Position numbers and translations under genes: made by a program
Notes under the pieces: model-generated
What the model saw: only the letters and a program-made list of their open reading frames with translations
The model's database searches: none
What the model was told of the DNA's origin: nothing
Assembly (NCBI GenBank): GCA_040954595.2
Contig: CM082589.2
Coordinates: 2,848,075-2,912,074, forward strand
Length of the DNA: 64,000 nucleotides
Direction of reading: 5' to 3'
DNA from: Balanoglossus misakiensis
Taxonomy: Eukaryota; Animalia; Hemichordata
In this document: positions 29,093 to 43,973 of the stretch, piece after piece
Layout: each line of letters opens with the position of its first letter
Position numbering within the stretch: position 1 is the stretch's first letter

Positions 29093-32000
29093 ACACAACG
29101 TTGTCTTTGCAATCAGCTATGTAGACTTTCCCCCGGACCAACTCCCCTCTATTCGCCATACTTTGAAAACCTACGACATGTCCGCCAAGTAAAACAGCTC
29201 ACGGCAGCCGTGCACAAATACCTCAGAGCTACGAAGTCCACAGCTAATCTGAGATAAGACTTGCCTCAATGAGGCTCCGCAGTTGCCGCATTAACACTCG
29301 TGTAAATAGTGTTTAAAGACATAACTGTCAGACAAAGATGGACCAGATAAAAGCATTTATCGCGTTTTCATCTCACTCTCTCCCGGCCCTCTCCCGCGTA
29401 TGCTAATGAGCAAGAAAACTCCCTGCAGCGTGTGGATGGAGACGATGGAGGGAATGGGTTAAATAATCAGTCTCTACTGTCGTTCACAAGCCTGACACTT
29501 TTTGTGCAATATTTGGCATTCTTCCCGCGGTAATTTCACTTACGATCATTCATTTTCCTGGTTAGTCGCCTGTAGGGCTGATCCCATGTGCTCTAGCCCG
29601 GCTGACTGTAACAACCCCGGTCAGACTCTCTCTTCAGTGACAGGTCCCCGCAACCAGGCTCGACATCAGTGGCCTGCACAGCTCACTAATTAATTTAACC
29701 TAATTTCAGGAATATTTCACATTTTCACCATATTGCATTAAAACGATCGGGCTTTTCTTCTCGTGATAAAAAGAACACATATTAGTAAGACCTCTCCATT
29801 TATGTATAAAAGGAGTTTTCAAAAGTGCGTTGTATAAGGAAATTTTAATAGACGAAATCTATGCAGCCTCTTTCACAGAATTGCAGAGAATGGTTTCCAT
29901 AACTACTAGATAGTTCAGGTTGCCAGACAATCATACTCACGCCAACAACCGCCCCCTCCCCCGTCTTCACATAATGACATGGCCCTGAGTGCAGATTTCA
30001 GTGAGCGAGTCGGGAAGACTGTGGACTTTTACCGTGGCGTCGACAAGCGGTGAAAGGCCTTGTTTTAATTTGACAGCCAGGAGACAACGCGAGACGGTGT
30101 GAAAAATTACCTGCCGTTTATATCACTGTGTTCTCGCGGTGAACTGGCGGCGGGGGCCGGGCGGAGATGCATCGGTCGCTTTGATTGCTGCTCCGCTTCG
30201 GCTCCTCTGGCTTCGAGGGAGATCTCATGTTGACGTCTTCGTCGGGATTATTACCCCCAAGAAGCCAGATTAACCTTTCCAGCGTATGTCACATATCGCG
30301 CCGAATTTTTGCTGAGAATATATGACTTTTCAAAGACGCTGCGAGAACACGATTTTTGTTTAGACGGATGACACACCTCAAACAATGCAAAGGCAACAGG
30401 AAGACTCCAGATAGGTTGATTAGATTAGCGAGAACGGTCGTGTGTATTAAACTTTCTCAAACATCCCACATAAACTCCCCTTTGAAAGTGGTTGGCTCTG
30501 GTGTCGACAGCGTTACCAGGTTTTCTACTAATTATCGACAGTTTTACCGCGCATTTTCTGAACAAATGCCTAAACATGCACGTACCGGCAGACGAGCAGC
30601 GGGCGAATCAAATGAAACTAATATCTGCCGTGATCTCCGTTTGGTGTGATTCGTATGCAAAGCACCCCTCTCTCTCCTCTTGTGCATCACTTGGCTATTT
30701 GATTATTTTCCATGTAGTTCTAACACGGGGTCACACGCAAAAATACGGAAACAAAATGGCCTCTTTCATCAGTTTTAATCTAATGTTAACATTGGCGAAC
30801 GCATTGTCTGAAAATTGACGTACGAGTCTCGTTATAACACGGGGTGTCAAACCGAGATGAGTGATTGGCGGGTTTAATCAACCAGAAAATTTATGCATGT
30901 TTTCCGCACACACGTGATTTCGCGCAAGCGCGTGCGTGTCACTTCTTGAGTTGTTTGTTTCAGTATGCAGTGATTTTGACTGTTATTTTTTTGGTTCCAT
31001 TACATTTGCTTCTTAATCGATTTTTTTTCGGGGAGAGCAAGCAAATGGCCAACAAAAAGTACGCCTTCAATTTATCGCAAGTATTAATGTCTCGATTTAT
31101 AACGTTGAATAATGATAAATTAGTTTCTCGTGAGCATATAGCCTCCAACTCGGCAAAGCGTTCAACGTTTGATCGTAGTCGGAGATACATCTGGCGAACT
31201 GACGGCCGGGTTATTGATTTTTGAAACCAATATTTAATCTTATTTCTGCGAGGAGAAACCCTGAAAAGCACGGGCACTAGAAACGGTATTTGTTGTGTAT
31301 AGGGAGAATCAGTGAAACCGGTCGACATTTACGAAGAAAAAAAATCTTAGTAAAGTTAAGTACATAGTTTAATTAAAGCGCGTATGAATAAAATTACAAT
31401 ACGTATTCAAACTTATTTACATAATACCTATCAACACCATTATATTCACTATGTTCATGTAGGTTTAATGGTAACAAAGGGGCTTAGAAACCCATCGACA
31501 CGATTACACATTTCATTCGATCAGAGAATAAAAATAAATATCACACGTTAGGCAACTTTACTTCTACTGACATAGTCTTGAACGATAAATTTATCGCTAA
31601 ATTTCTTTGTAAATTTATATCTTCCTCTAAGGGTAAGTTATAACCGTAAATTTTATCCCAATCTGGACTGTAATTGAAGCAACGGGAGTGTTCTTTTAAT
31701 TTTTCCTGTGGCGTAAAAATCACCGCTGTAATTCAGCCACGGCGCGTGGATGTGAGTGAGTTATGACGCTACCTTAGCTAAATTGCAGTTGTGGTCGGTG
31801 CTCAACTGTGGAAAATAATTATTGTTTTAGTATAGTGGCATGGCATATGATGAGAAAGCGTGGTGGAGTCTCCAGGGCTGCTTTCCCTTGATAATTAGTC
31901 CAACTCAAGGTGTCAAGCACACCTCCCGGGCAAATTACAAGTATAAATTAAGGCTATCGTGCCTTAATGAAGACGTTCGCACGTTTTTGAGGGGCCCCAT

Positions 32001-35000
32001 GTATTTAAATTAACTCGGCGTCACGTGACGCGAGCAAAATGGGGCGAGAGTGCCTTTTTTCAGTGCTTCTGAAAGGGTGGGTCACGTTCCGAAGTTGTGA
32101 TTTGGAGCCCCGCGTTCACTTTTTGTCGGCTTCCTGTTTCATTTGGCCAATTTGTGCAATTGATGATATCCTCGGTTCCCATGAAATGGTGCACGCGGTC
32201 AACCGTATTGGTAACGGTTCCACACTTTAATTTACACGTAATTACGCGGTTATTTCTCAGCTAATTACTTCTACAGGATTATGTAATCGTTCACACCATC
32301 CCTCGCTAGCGCTCTACTTTTTTTGAGGGGGGAGGGTTAGTCTCGCCAACAATTAAATTATCGTGTAGAACAACGAAACATAGAAATAATGTGTAAGGTT
32401 TATAGAGATGAACAGGTGGGAAGTTTCTAAATGTGAAAGTTGGGTCGTGGATAGTTGTGGACCGTGCTATCACAATGTGCCTGTGTTGAAAATATTAGAA
32501 TAGTCCTCTATACAGTACGTGACGTGTGTGTTGAGTCGAGTGGTGTTTTCCACCTACAGAAGTCAGGGTAGGGTCCTGTATACGCCGAGGGACTTGGCAA
32601 AGCAGAGGAGGATATAACATGAGAATATTTGAATTTCGCTCACGTGACTTCGGGGTCGAGAGTCACGTCCAGCGGGTCATTACCAAACAGTGAAATATTT
32701 AGCGCCGTACCGTTAAAGACTTCAAAGAGATGGCATGACAAATCGCAGCCGGGCAAACACGCCGGTGTGCCGTACATCATCAAATCCCTGCAATTATTGA
32801 CACTCGCACTTAAAGCCGTGCGCTCAGCTTTAAATTCAATAAATGGTTCTCCCCTCTCACCCCATGTGCCACCACACCGTCTCCGAAGAGACTCGTCGAC
32901 TCTCGCTGGGGCTCATTCCCAACTTATTTACGATCGCCACGCTGCTCCGCTGCAACCCATCAGCAGTGACCTCAAGCTCGCTGTTCGCAAACCTGGCCAA
33001 CTCCCGAAACCTGTCAACCGTGGCCTCCTTGGGGACTCAGCTAATGTAGCGTTTAACATACTCCGGGAACGGGCATGAATATTAAAAACGTTTACCCAAG
33101 ACCAATACCTCGGCTCGTGAGTACACAAATCGCCCCGAAGTGGATACATGCCCGACACACAAATATTTAGCGTTCACACCTCTTGGCCGGCATTACCCTC
33201 GACCCTCTTTTCTGGTCTCCGGACCGCTCTCAAAATAACGCGAGAAGGCTAAAGAAAGTTGAAGTTTGCCCAAGAATTACATGTTTAATCAGGGCAGCGA
33301 GAAGGCCGCTTACAAGTGGTAGCCAATTACACTATGAAGGGTTTACGCAAATACAGCCTACTTATTAAACTATGGGGTATGAGTGGGGCAAAAACCTTAC
33401 CCAGCATAGAAATGTGAGCGTTGAGCATTGCCTATAGTTTTTGTGTGTGCTGCTTTTTCCCTTAAGTGTTAATATCAATACGGACCAATGTCATGTCGAC
33501 TATTGTCTGGTTTTCGGGAACAAAAAATCCCAGTGAGGTAGCCAGCGTTTACTTTACGCGGCTTGCTCACGAAATATTTACCGAGTGGTGTTTACTTGTT
33601 ACATTAGCGTTCAGAGCAGCCCTTTGTGGAGACACTGAAGAGCTTATAGAACTCCCATCCTTCAAAGCAGAATACATCTGCGCCAATTTAGTCTCTGGCG
33701 AGCGGGTAAGGCCGGTAGCGCACCGGGCATATCCATGCATGTACCCCCGCACAAATACACGCACAAATATCATACTATTGGATTATGAAGTTAAGCAAGG
33801 TCCGTCGCAGTATTTACATTCGAAATCAGTTTTTTTTCTCTAATTGACGTGATTTGGGGGACATTTCCTGTTCTAGAGTAAAGCTGAAAGACAACAGCTT
33901 CTAAAACAAATTTCTGCACAGCGTGTTACACGATATTGCTTTCGCCGCTCAGATATCCCGTAGTGGAAGAGTCATATTAAACTTAAGTGACTCGTTTCTC
34001 CCTTTTCCGGGTAGCTCGCTGATTTTTCTTGCTAAGAAAAGATCGAGGTATAGTCTTAACACAGGGATTGGTACGGTGGTTCTCCTGGCAAACAATGGTG
34101 TTTTCCATTGGTGGTTTTGTTCGCTGGGGCCCCATTCATAGGAGCTGTACGCGAACGCTGGAAAAACATTGGGCGCCATTCACCGCGCCTGGTGCTTTCA
34201 TTCCGCGCTCGGCGCAGAGAAAATATTACGGAGAAAGTCATTAGACTGAAAAACACACAAAGATAAAAGGGCTGAGGTTTTCGAACCCGGGATCCTTTAA
34301 ATATGTGGGGGCACAATTGTTGGCCACTGTCTAAAACTCTATGACAGGCTTATTACTACATGCCCGCTTGAATAGAACAATTAGCCCCCGTTTTGCTTGT
34401 CAATGTTGGAACACCAATCGGTGATTGTGAAGGTTGTGTGTTCACCGCATAATGGCCATTTCGCTTGTTAGTGTTTTTCTTTTTTACAAGGTTTCTATCA
34501 CTGTATCCGAGCGTCAGGGCCACTCCCTTAGAGTTATACCACACCACGGGAAGAGGGGAAAACCAAGCAACATAATTCAAACCGTGGTGTGGATTCCCAG
34601 AGCCATTATATGTCGATTTCGAGTCGGAAATGTTGCATTAACGCTAACTCGGTCAAAACCCCTATTCATTCTCAGGAAAGCCTGGGCAGGTCACATGACC
34701 ACACGCCGAGGCAAGTGAGAGTGCTCCGGCCAATTTGGGATTTGCGCAGTCTGTCAGGAGTGAATGGATTTGGTGTCGGGTTCTCGAGCGACGGCACCAG
34801 GCGTCTAATAGAGAGCCCTGGCCCTGCTCAGAAACCCCTGCGACATGTTCGCACTAATCGGTAGCGACTGTTTAATTACTAAAGCCAGCGCTCGCCAAAG
34901 CCCGTGAGTACGTAACCAAGAATTTTGATTCTGTGGTTTCGAAAAGGGAATGTCGCTTTCCGGTTTTCCTTTCATCTGACCTGCGTGCTTAAAGATGGTG

Positions 35001-35886
35001 GGATGACTGTTGTTGTTTTTCCAGAGAAACGCCTCACCCCCTGTGTAAAAAGGGTGCATTAACTGCGCGAATTCTATGGCGAATATTAACAAAATACTAT
35101 AAGGCTGTACACAAAGAGGCTTTCATATTTAGCGTTATTGCAACATCCTGAGTTGCTTCGAATAAGAGAGGACTCGGGAAAGAGCCCTGTGTTTACTCGA
35201 TGTCGGAAACAGTGGGGCGTCCAATACATTTTCTACCGCGCTTGGTGGCAGTGATTGCGAGCAACGATTGATCGCTCGACGAAAAGCAACTAATAATGCG
35301 TCACAATGGCCGTAATAGGCGGCAACACACCGCTGATTTGAATAAAGAAAACCTACCTGCTTTCTAATTGAAGCTTTGTGCAGCAAAACTATCTATTTGA
35401 CGGAGTACGCAGTCGTTGATGAATGAAATATGTTACTTAATACATTCAAGCGATTTTAACTGAAGAGTGAAAAAGTCGGGGGACGTGAATGGAGTGATTT
35501 CGCGTCTTTTAATTTTGTCTGGGTAAAGAGGAGACCGACTCTAATTAAAATTATCAAAAACGCATCTGTGTGAAAAGGGAAGCGTCTTTTTATTGTGCCA
35601 CAAAGTGACGATAAAATTAATACGCTTGGATTTTTTTTTTTTTGAGAAACGTACCTGGGTGTGCGAGGCTATTAAATGGACGCGGCCCGATTCGGATATT
35701 GCTAATACTGCGGGATAGCAATAATTGGAAACGACCATAGATTGATTTTTGATGTGCGCGTATTTTGTGTGCGTGGCGAGAGATAGAGAGAGACGTCGAC
35801 GGTCCGCAGGAGTGAAAGCTGCCCTCCCGTCATCCGGGTACTACCAGCCGGCACTTTCAGCGCGGTCCAAACCGAGGCTAACTGTT

Positions 35887-35994
35887 ATGAAAATAGGGCT
35901 GGATAAGCCACCAGTGAAAAAGACCACATCATTTGTGCTTCGGTTGAGTCACAGAGGACTAGTGCATACTTACAACTCAGCCGCAGAAAAGTAG
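35887..35994 (+). other. 35-codon uORF or disrupted first exon containing LVHTYNSA (AP-2 exon-1b-like)
   Basis: Translates as MKIGLDKPPVKKTTSFVLRLSHRGLVHTYNSAAEK*. LVHTY matches the N-terminus of vertebrate TFAP2E (MLVHTYSAM). The GTAGGA donor at 35991 is phase 2. Confidence 0.35.
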
Positions 35995-36035
35995 GAATTT
36001 TTTTCGTTTCGTGTCCAGCAATAGCAGCGTCACTC

Positions 36036-36050
36036 ATGATTGATATGAAG
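36036..36050 (+). CDS. TFAP2: candidate alternative first coding exon of AP-2 (MIDMK)
   Basis: ATG ATT GAT ATG AAG|GTATGG is a good phase-0 donor. It is preceded by a CpG/GAGA-rich promoter-like region (~35660-35800) and followed by a T-rich intron start. Confidence 0.45.
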
Positions 36051-39000
36051 GTATGGTTGACAGCTAATTTTTCTTTTTTTTTCTTTTTCGGGATTTTGCG
36101 ATGTCGACCCGAAACATTTTCTCCCGCGGATTTTTTTTTCTCCACGGCCGACAGCCTTCTTCCCCGCTGTCCACGAGTTAGCTTCGCGAAATTGGCGTAT
36201 CGTTTATTGGTTGCCGAGCGAGGCAGGGTCGGGCGTGAGCGCGACATGAACTATTGGGTAACAGCCCTACACGCTCTCCGTCTGCGCCGAGTTGAGGCCA
36301 GTAACCCCCGCGAGGTTAGGGAACACACGGAGTGTTAGCGTTTGCATTTTTCACCCTGGGCGTCAAGTTTTTCAAAATGGAAAAGCACACAGGGATCAGG
36401 TGAACAAGGCAAACTTTCCCCGACAGATCAGTACTCGATCTGTTTGCTTACGTCGCCGTTGGCGGTGTGCTACAGTCAGGCCACGTACCGTCGACAAATC
36501 GCAGAATCTCGCCACGTCTGTCGTGTAGCTCTCTCACAAGGCGAGTGCAAAGGTCACTTAAATACGTCTCGTTTTAGAGCGCAGTTCTTGATCTCAAAGA
36601 AGCGAAAACTACCTTCTTTAAACAGGGTAGTATCTTCTAGTAGTTTCAACTCAAAGGAGTCCACCGCAGTCGAGCAGGACATTTCTCGAATTAAATTCAG
36701 GCCACAAATGTTTGCGGCAGTGTTCTGACTGGGCGCGGTTGAAAATCTCTCGGAAAAAGAATGAATCAACAATTTCAGATCGCCATCGATACCAGCGACA
36801 ACACTGAGGTGATTGTGTGAAAAAGAAAACTATTGAACAGAAAAGATTCGTCCCATTCTCCCAGTCAGCAGTTTTTGTTGACTTTTCATACCATTTACAT
36901 GAGAACGATGTTAAACAACACATACGCGGGTTTTGTTTTTGCGGAATACTCTTTGAATAGAAACAGACTGCTAAGCACCAAAGGAAACAAAACAAAAAAG
37001 GAAAACTAAAGCATGATTTTTCACTTTCTTGCAAATCTAATCAGCGTGGTAGTTTTTTTTTTCATGTAGATTTATCATTCTAACTTTCTGACATTTCGCG
37101 CATAATTTGAACAGTAAACCGTTTACTGAAGGGAGTTTTCATGTCTTAGAAATTCCACATACTAAGGACATTGTAGGGTGTCATCATCATCTAGTCAGCG
37201 CCGAATTATATAACCATTTAGACCAGGTTTAGTTTTCAAGTAAGCCCTGTTCACAATTATTATGGATTCCAGGAGACATCCGACGCTCGGGCAACAGGTC
37301 AAATCGGACCCATACATCTAAACTGAGTGATACATACGTTATAGTGCGACAATAATAATGAACTGAGGTATACATTCTGACTTCAACTGAACAGGGCTAG
37401 GTAAATTACGAGCCGGGGGTCAGGGGTCAACTGCAATATACATACTGTGGACGTTTATACTGCCTATTTCACCTATGAAATAAGACATCACTCGACGAAA
37501 TGTAAACATCAGTTACGCCGTCATAAATTCGATACAGTCATATTACCAGATTACAAGTCATTATCGGTGCAATATGCTTTCTATTTGTTGCGTGTCCATT
37601 GAATGCTAAATCTTCAAGCCGTGTTTCCTGATTTTTCTGAAATTGTGATGTTCGTTTTAGTCCATTGCAAAGCGGAGAGTGTGCGTTCTTGAGTTTTTTT
37701 TTAGAAAAATAAATCAGCGAGCGCATACGCAGACATGAAGCTGTGGCAAAATAACCAGTGACGGGGAGGGGGCGTCGAAATGCTAATGAGAGATTTAAAA
37801 CAGAAGCAGCTAAGTACTCTTCGGTTTTGAAGGACATCGATTGAAGGAGCGGAGATTCTGACTTTTAAAATTGAGCAAAGTTGAGTGCCTTCTCAAGGAA
37901 AAACCGTTACTGTCAATGCGGTGTTGGGGGGTTGTTTTTCGCGGGGGAAGGAAAAACAAAACAAAAACACTTGCCGGCGCAGAAACAATGGGAAGACGCT
38001 TCCATTGAGCACAAAAGGGTTTCAAACAGTAGTGGTTCTTGGGGAAAAGTGCTTTGACTGCGTAATGAGGTAGGAACAAAGAAGCAAATCATCCGCTTCG
38101 AGCCTTGAGTGGAAATGGCGTAAAGTTTAAAACACGGCTTTGCAATTAGCGAGCCGGATAAACTCACGCGCTGGCTCTCTTTTTTGTTTCTTAGAAAGAG
38201 TTGAGCCAGACGATTCCATGTTAGCGTCCAATCTCATTCTAAAAATGGCTTCAAGTGCCCGCAACTCGGAGCAGTGTCATTATTCGCGGTATGTGATTTC
38301 CTGGTGAGGGAGAACAGAGCGATTTCACCTTCTAAAAACTTTAATCTCGTTTCAGAGGGGGGATTGCTATCCAATTTGTACTAAAACAATTGGGGATAAT
38401 TAGTAGACAATGGGTGGATGTTTGGGCGTTCAAGTCAAACACGTATCAGTTTCCTTGTACACGGAGTAAAGTGGTGTCTCCCATTGAGATAATGAACAAC
38501 GATTTAGCCGCCTGAAAGGGGGGGAAGCGTACCGTCACCTTGTGTTCCCGCATCTAAAATAGGACACATGTCAGAACTTGTAAAAGGCCATCTTGTCCGG
38601 CTAAAAACGTTCCCCCTCTCCCTCCCGCTGGTTTATTATCAACACCCGCCCGCCGCACATAAATTGGCGAGAATGGTTTTATTGGGGGCCGATGTTTTGA
38701 TAGATCTCATAGCCTACAATGTTCCCGTTGGCGACTCTATTTGTCGTGTTAAATATCCCCTAATTACATTGTAAGTTGGTGCTAATTTGCAGGCAATGGG
38801 ACGGCTATTTGGACTCCGGCGTTCGGCGTGAGGCAGACACACTCGCATTCCGGCCTGGCCGCCGTGAATGGTGTCATTTGTTCCCTCATACCAAACTATA
38901 CAGGGAAACAAACATTCTCAAGTTTTGTGTTTTGCATTGCGATTGACGGATACCAAGCTTCTCTTCCCCCCTCTCTCTCCCCTCCCATCCTCCCCCTACA

Positions 39001-42000
39001 AACCCAACCGTGCGTTAATACCCAGCCATCGCGAATGTCACGCGTATTATTGATTAAGCCATCCCCTTTTCATCAATAACCTGTGAGCCACTCTTCAATT
39101 AATGCCCCCAACAATCTAATGACCGATTCCTTCAAATTGGGTGGTCACGTGACGCCCTGAGTCATTCACGACGCAAACTAGAAAGGGGGGGGGGAGAGAT
39201 AGTGCTTCACTTAACGAAACAATGCTAGCCAGACACAGTAAGGTCTTCATTCAGACGCGATGTCTCAGTCTTGCTGATGGGCCACTGTCGAAAACAGAGT
39301 GACAAGGAAGATTATTGTCTCAATCGGGGGACGTTTGTCAAATGAACATCATGGCGGCCCGCTTGCCAAGTGTCTCCTTCCCATCTCTCCCAGTGAAACT
39401 TCCCCGAGGAAGAAACAAGACGAACGTCTTTTCGAAAGTAAAATTCCACGAACACATCCCCTGCCCATTAATTATCCGGCTTTTACTTAATCCATGCGCT
39501 AACTAAGTTTTATTGTTGGTTGCTGCATAGGGCCTATGGTTGCAGGCTGTATATTATTTCTCCCCAAAACAACCACGCATAGATGTATTTATTTATTGCA
39601 TTTCTTCAAGCAAGTAGTCTTCGGCGGGCTAGGATTTTTTTATGATGCCCCCGTAAAGACTCGCCCAAATTGTCAAATAAACGCAGCATATTTTGCACGG
39701 TACCATTCATCAATGCAAAAGTCCAAAGGGTCAGGCAGTCCCTGACAAGAACATAAATCTTCCCGAAAAAACCTCCGCCAATTTGACCGCTCTCATTCAT
39801 CTCTTCCCCTCTAAAATGCATTTGTGGGTTTTAAGATAAAACGTTTTGTGAACACGACAATCGGCAAATGTGAATAAATGTTAGAAAGATATAAGTAACA
39901 TTGATATTGATAGGTTTAAGATTCGTATACAAAAAAATTTATATATATTTCCATATTCTCTGTCAAACCATAATATACTTTACTGAAATATTTCCCTTTA
40001 CACCACGCCTAGCTTTACACGGCGTTGCATAAGTGCGGATAGGCAGTGGGGGCTCAATTGACATAGACTCCTGCTGCTACAACTTACAAGTATGTTTTAG
40101 CTAGATTGAAATAAACGTTTGCATGCTTAAGTCAAAGAAAGTTGACATTTTCCCCCAGACATACTACAAGGGAGGAAGGTGTTTTCTGCGAAAGGAATTC
40201 TGGGAGCTTCAAACAGCTGAGATAAGCCCGGAGCAATAGCTATACTCATGGGCAACAAATCGTATTTTCGATATTGCCTTGTTATATCGAGTTCCTGATT
40301 GTGTGTATTTACATTGAGCGATAAATCTTCACGACTTGAGCGAGATGGTTTGCTGTTGAAGTGAATGTAGTTTATTTACTCCAATGCCACTCCGCTTGTC
40401 CCGCTGCAGGCTTATCCCGTGTTGCCACGGAACGCGTATTTCTTTTTCGTTAACTCTTTGAAATAACGGAATGAATGGGTTATAAAGGTGAATATGAGCA
40501 CTTGGCCGTTTTTTGATGTAATGACTGTGGTCCCAGAAGGAAACGATGAAAAATAAATGCCGCGGTATTTGAACTTGGCGACTAATACAATTTTGCCTGA
40601 AAAATTGCTGGCATAATTTCGGACAGGCTTCAAAAGGTACCGAGCCTGGGTTTCGTATTGCCTTATTTGCTGGTTCATGGGATACCGGCGCTGCTCACAT
40701 CCCTTACAGGAAAATAGAAGCCCTAGATTAATTTAAAATTAATGACGTGTTGTGTGAGAGAATGTCAGCCGGGACTACATCATGCCCAAAGCCTGAGTCA
40801 CACGCGGTTGCGTCGAGTTGAATTTCGACGAAAGAAAGGGGGAACAGTTGACTAAAGTAGAACGTCTGCTTAGTGATCGTAGAGATACTTTGCGGTAGTG
40901 TGGTTGACTTTGGTTAGTTAAATGGCGGGAGAGCTTTAAAGGCAACCGGTATAGGAACTGAGTTTTCGGCAAACGCCGGGCCCTCGGCCTTTCTCGGCGT
41001 GAGTTCGCTTTCCATATGCGTGTGGTCTACACCGAGTGAGTTTCGGAAGGCTTTGAAATGGATCCTCCCCCCTCAGTCAGTGCCTTTACTCGTTTTCGAA
41101 TCAAAATCCATTTTCTTGGCAGATTTCGTCCACCCGCGACAAGAATTTCACTTGTCCTGCTTAGATTCGCCCCCACAAATCGGTTTCCTTTCGAGCCCCG
41201 GCCGGACCCTGAGTCGTTCTCTAAGTCTTGTGAGATTCACAAGCCGATCTCTTTTTCTCGCTCGCCAATTCCAGATAGTGATCAGTAATTTCTAAATGCA
41301 ATCCAGCCGTTCGAATTTTAGTTGTGTTTAATTTCAATTAGGCGCAACTGCGAGGCTGCGCGGCGATTGGTTGGCGATTCCCCTTTGCTTATAAAAACAC
41401 CCTCCGTTGTAGACATGGCCGCATATTTTGTTCATTTGAGCGTGTTCATTTCCCCCATGTCCCTAAATCGTCACAGCTGTAGGTATGCTGACTTCACTAA
41501 ATACACGTCATTTTCGCCTGTGTATCTTCCCAGCATAGTTTTGTCCTGACCAATCTCGCAAGAATCGCGTTGTTTACGTCGTGGTCGAGCTTGTCCAGTA
41601 CATCAGATTTGGGCTGTGATGGAAACTATTTGTAGAGACTTTTATTGTCGTCCAGATTTGGTTTTGTCAAACTATAAAGAGGAAAGTGATGGTTTCTTTT
41701 GCTGGTATAGAGTTCTCTAATTTTAGACTAACTTTTAATGATTATTGTGGTCGTAAAATACAATTACTTTCAAAGTATCTGATAGTGAATTAATTACCGG
41801 AGTGACATATTGTACCAATGATCGGGTCGAGATGGCCTCTTTAACTGGGGGTAATTTTAGGACCTTGAAGAGTTGCAAACATTCTTTTTTTTCAACAAAT
41901 TGTTTTTTAAAAACCGTCCGAAAGAAAGCGCCGACTCTTTCATGTACTTCTAAATGCCTCCATAATAGAAGCGACATGTAGCCACTCAACTCGGGGTCAC

Positions 42001-43973
42001 CGCTTTTCATAGATGAAGAACTTTAAGCCCCCAAGAATGACTGGGAAACTTCTCCGCGGCCCGCACCGCCGATTCCTGACAGGGAGAAGTTGCGCCCCAA
42101 TCTGAAAAGTGAGGTCAGCTGGCGTAATCCCATAAAAGGGGAGCGGGAGTGTATGTTCCCTCACCCGGGGTCACTCCGCGCACCCCCGTCACTGATACGG
42201 TCCCTTCCGAGCCACTTCTTCAAAACAAAGCCCTTAAAAGCTACCCTAATGCGATTCGCAAAGCATTTCCAGTCTTTCATCCGCAGCGAGCAGAGTCATT
42301 AATCAAGAAGCCGGGTGTCTAAATTTATATCAGCGAAAACAAAATAAAATTATTGAAATTTACAATATTCAAAATTGCGGGTGAATTATGCCTCCGGTGA
42401 GGAGTTAAAGTTGGCCACGTTTAAGAAACCTTTAGTTTAACGGTTGATTTTTTCCCCACTTTTGGTGACCATTCTATTTCATAGAAACCATGGATATATC
42501 CAACAAAATTAAAAAATAATAATTGTAATCATTTTACGAGGCTAGAGCGTTCAATTTAAGGGTACTCGTGCATCTAAACATAGACAAAACCTAAGAGACA
42601 ATGCAATCCACTTTCCTAAAAGTGTAGCGAAGCTATATAAAGTTCTGAATTAATTTTTCCCGCCTGCATTTTTGCAAATATTTTGAATGGATGATTTGTT
42701 TGTTTAGTTCAAAATTGAACTAATTTGTAGATCATTCATTTTAAAGTGAAGAGCGTATTAATAGGTTGTTTTAAATTTATCCCTCCGGGCTAATATTTTC
42801 TGTTATTTCTTTTTGTTCGGATGTGGTTCTAACTTTGGCAAAATAACACGAAGATTCCGCATGAAACGGCCAGCATCCTGACTGGCATCACTGACCGTTT
42901 TGCTGTTGTTGTTTTGTTGTGGCTTGCTTCTATTGCAGAGCGCCGGTTGTAAATTCTGTTTCTAGCGGCAGCAACTGTAGATTTTTTATAGGAACTACGT
43001 GTCGCCTGTGTTGCTTTTCTTCCTAGTTGTAATGGAGTCAGTTTTGGAGGGCAAATTGTGATTTTATTGGCAGACGACAATTTGTGTCATTTGTAAATTT
43101 ATAAGTTGGAGAATATGTTTTGATTGTTTAGCAGACTACAATTAGTATCGATCTGAGTACAGTATCAAGTTCACGCCAGGCAACTTGGCAGGCGGCAGTA
43201 ACTGCCAAATGTTATAAGAACCAACGGTTGAAAATATTTTATTCATTTTTGATAAACGACAATGTCAGTCATTTTGGGGAAACGGGAAGGTGAAGAAAGA
43301 AGTAGTTTAGATTGATTTGTATGTGTGTTTGATACCGGCATAAACCGTGTTCGTGGCAAGGATTATCCGTAAATACTTTGATTTGCACGGAAAACAATAC
43401 ATGCCCAGCAGAGACTGGACAAATTTGCACTCTGTACCCCATTGTCGGTAAAACGCTTTGTTCTCGGTATGATACGGTTTGCTAACAGCTTCGATGTCCA
43501 AGCTTTTCCATCCTACTTTGTTGTCGATTTTTGAGACACAAAGTTTCTAACCGAAATTTGGACACGTGGTCATGAACGCAAAGCGACACCTTTGAACGAA
43601 ACGGCGTGAGTATAGTTTTAAACTCCCAAAACTGCGCCACGATATGGGACTTCTGACAAATTATTACATTGGTCGTACTTCCAAACTACCAGATTAGAGC
43701 GATGCCTCGGCGTTGCAAGAGACTCCACCATAGAATTTCAAGAAACCCAAACTACTTTTTTGAACAAATAAACAATCTTGAAAATCAACACTTTGTGGGG
43801 TGGGCAAAATAACAAATCCTCGGCGAAAACGAGGACGCGTAATGGCTTTGTCGATTCAAATGTAAAACGGAGTTATTTGCTGCTTTTGGGTGTTGTGTCT
43901 CAGAGTCTGAATCCCCTCCCCTGCAATTTGCCACGTAACACCCTCTGAGTTATGTTACAAAGCTTTTAAGAGT

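Noticed and set aside
35703-35725. TAATACTG, the miR-8/200 seed-like start
   Set aside because: The remainder does not match the mature miRNA, and no hairpin is evident.
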